Shown here in pieces: positions 61,673-64,000 of a stretch of 64,000 bases of DNA (its first letter is position 1; each line of letters starts with the position of its first letter). The DNA lies in assembly GCA_028534125.1 (NCBI GenBank), contig CM052818.1, positions 23,128,001 to 23,192,000 on the forward strand, read 5' to 3'. The notes under the pieces are model-generated. The model was not told the origin of the DNA and ran no database searches. It was given only the letters and a program-made list of their open reading frames with translations. The DNA comes from Lama glama (Eukaryota). A program made the position numbers and the translations under genes.

Positions 61673-63699
61673 CTTCCTTGCATTTGTGCACCCAGTTGGC
61701 GGTTTTGGTTAGGGGTTTACATATTCTGATCCCTGTTGAGGGTGTGAGGGGTCAATTTAATAAACTGGGACTCTTGTTTCCATACCTGCTTCTGTGAATT
61801 TTGCTAATCTGAGTTTCCTACTGAGAGACCAGTAGAAGAACATTCAATTTCAGTCCTAAAAGACATGGGCCAGAACTGGAACGTGGCGTCTAAACCTAAT
61901 TGGTGCTCCCAGCAGCTGGCCCATCCCAGTGCTTAGCACATGGATGGAGAATCTTTTGTTGAGTAACTGAATGAAGTGAGGTCATCCCCTGAGGGACTCT
62001 GTGGGATCCCCAGGCCACACCCTGCCACTGGCCCCCAAACAGAAAGATGAGACTATTTTTGGCCAATTTTTAGCAAATTCTCAGTATTTAGAGATTTTTT
62101 TTCTTCCTTTGCCAATTGCAAACTCAGACTAATTGAACGTTAGTTAACACAATTCCATACTTGTGTTTGAAATGTAGTTATGGAGGGGAAAAAAAACCTA
62201 CTCCCAGATGTAAAACAAACCAAAACTTGCATACAGAATGGAGAGCAAGTCCAGGCCTTTCAGTGTACTCATTTTTGGGGAGAAAAGTTTCTAAAAGGCT
62301 TCTTTCCCACCGCCCCCACCCCCCCATAAAAAGGTTTCAAATGAAAAGAAAGTAGACGTTTTACAAACTCTTAAGTCTTGAATGGCTACAAATGTCTGTA
62401 ATTTGGAGTCATATTTTTAAGAGGCTCTGTTTCTATATTGCCTTCTGGAATGATAAACTTGTGGAAAAGAAAGATTCCCAGATTCAGTGTCTCCAAAATG
62501 CCGTGTGAGCACTTGGATGATGCCTGAAGGCAGGGCTAAATGAAACAACAAGCCTACAGAGTTATTTACTATTTTAATATTATTATTTTTATTTTTAAAC
62601 TTGTAAGTTTTGAAAAAATTATAGATTCACAGGAAGTTGCAGAAAAATTTACGAAGTCTCATAGATCTTTCACCCAGGTTCCCCCAAAGATAAATCTTGG
62701 ATGTTATTTTTAATTAAACAGAGAAAATAAAAAGGGGCTCAAATCTTTCTGTGGCAAGCTCTCAGAAGATTGAATTTACACTTGAAAGACCACACTGATT
62801 TAAATAATGAGAGGAAAGCATATCTTTGCCTAGTAAACAAATTTGAAGAAGTTTAAAATGTATTTGGGCATTTTATTTCTTTTCTTTTAAATATGTAGAA
62901 ATCAGTCCATTGTTAGAGGTAAATGAACATCCAAGCTCCTCTTACTTACAGACCTGTGTAATCTGAGCCCTGATCACTGGTCCAGCCTCATCTCAAGTCT
63001 TCCTCCATTGTTGTCAGCATTCTCAATGCATAACTTTAGCAATTAAAAATGTCAGCCTCTGTAAAGAAAAATCCGTTAAGAAAAAAAAAAGTCTGGAGTA
63101 ACTATGAAAATTTCAGTGATTTGGGGCCACGTGAGTTCACAGGCATTTTCAGTAATATAAGTATGTTCATTTGTGGCAACTGAGAAATTCATGGAGAAAT
63201 TGACAACAAGAGAAATTATTAATTTGCTGTGTTTATATGTGTCACTCCCTCCACCCTGCTCCCTCATGACTGCAATGGAAGAAAGGAAAATTATTTTAGC
63301 TGTTTAAATCACATTTGTGTCTCCCATATTTTGGGGGAAAAAATGGCAAGCATTTGCCAGCTGAAAGGGTCTTCCCAGCCCTTCTTTGGCATGAAGGACA
63401 TTTCATACAAAGCGTTTTTCTTATCATGCTTTTTTGTCTCTTTGTCATAAAATAATTTGCTAACTTGAAAGCTCAAAATTGTCTTGAAACTGACTGGTTC
63501 CAAGAGAAGGTGTGGGATCCCTGTAGAATTTACCCATGTATTTACTCCAAATGACTTAAGTATATTTCTCTAGGACTCCTATTAGAGGTGCAACTATTGA
63601 TATTGAAACAAATTGATTGTGAAGTTTTAGCTTTAGAGTAAAGAAAGCTTCAACATCCTTGTTTAAAAAAATCCATCAGTAATAAAGCCTAACCTTACT

Positions 63700-64000
63700 T
63701 TTTACAAAGAGGTTTTTCGAGAGCCTGACATCTAGCCACTCAAAATCACAGGATATCAAAAACCTGTAAGTGATTGGAAACTACTTAAATGCCCAGAATG
63801 GGCAAATTGTGGCATATTCATACAAAGGAATACTATACAGCACTGTGAATCAATGAACTGCAGTTGTATACATGTGAAAATATAGATGACTCACAAGTAA
63901 TAATATTGAGCAAAAAGGCCAGATGTAGAGTTTATAGGGGTTGATTACATTTACGGGACATAGTTTAAGTGACGTAAAACTAATCAGTGGTGTTGGAAGT
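63700..64000 (+). mobile_element. L1MC/ME 3' fragment
   Basis: aaattgtggcatattcatacaaaggaatactatacagca...atattgagcaaaaaggccaga. Confidence 0.8.

Noticed and set aside
1..64000. CRISPR arrays, operons, intact transposase or RT genes, or other prokaryote-type systems
   Set aside because: Sequence is mammalian; no regularly spaced repeat-spacer array or intact mobile-element ORF was seen

Overview
Mammalian genomic DNA, most likely camelid (tRNA-Ala-derived Vic-1-type SINEs are present). The only protein-coding gene I can support is a complete PKDCC (VLK/SgK493, secretory-pathway tyrosine kinase) on the minus strand. Its 7 coding exons (38933 down to 29864) have GT-AG introns and splice to 1482 nt = 493 aa + stop. 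It has a CpG-island/TATA promoter and an AATAAA at 29084-29089. An RPL29 processed retrocopy (minus, about 3221-3864) sits inside an old L1. The rest is intergenic or intronic sequence with many L1, L2, CR1/L3, MIR, MaLR/ERVL LTR and hAT fragments; repeat subfamily names are from recall and boundaries are approximate. I found no convincing new multi-gene system. The best leads are: (1) a perfect 14-bp complementarity between the 5' and 3' splice junctions of PKDCC intron 4; (2) an in-frame uORF in the PKDCC leader; (3) an RPL29 retrocopy with an open frame and apparently AT-to-GC biased substitutions; (4) a still-readable ancient CR1/L3 reverse transcriptase relic; (5) clustered MYB, HOX/PBX, FOX and CTCF motifs. 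Most of the other ORFs in the track look like GC-rich or repeat-derived noise.
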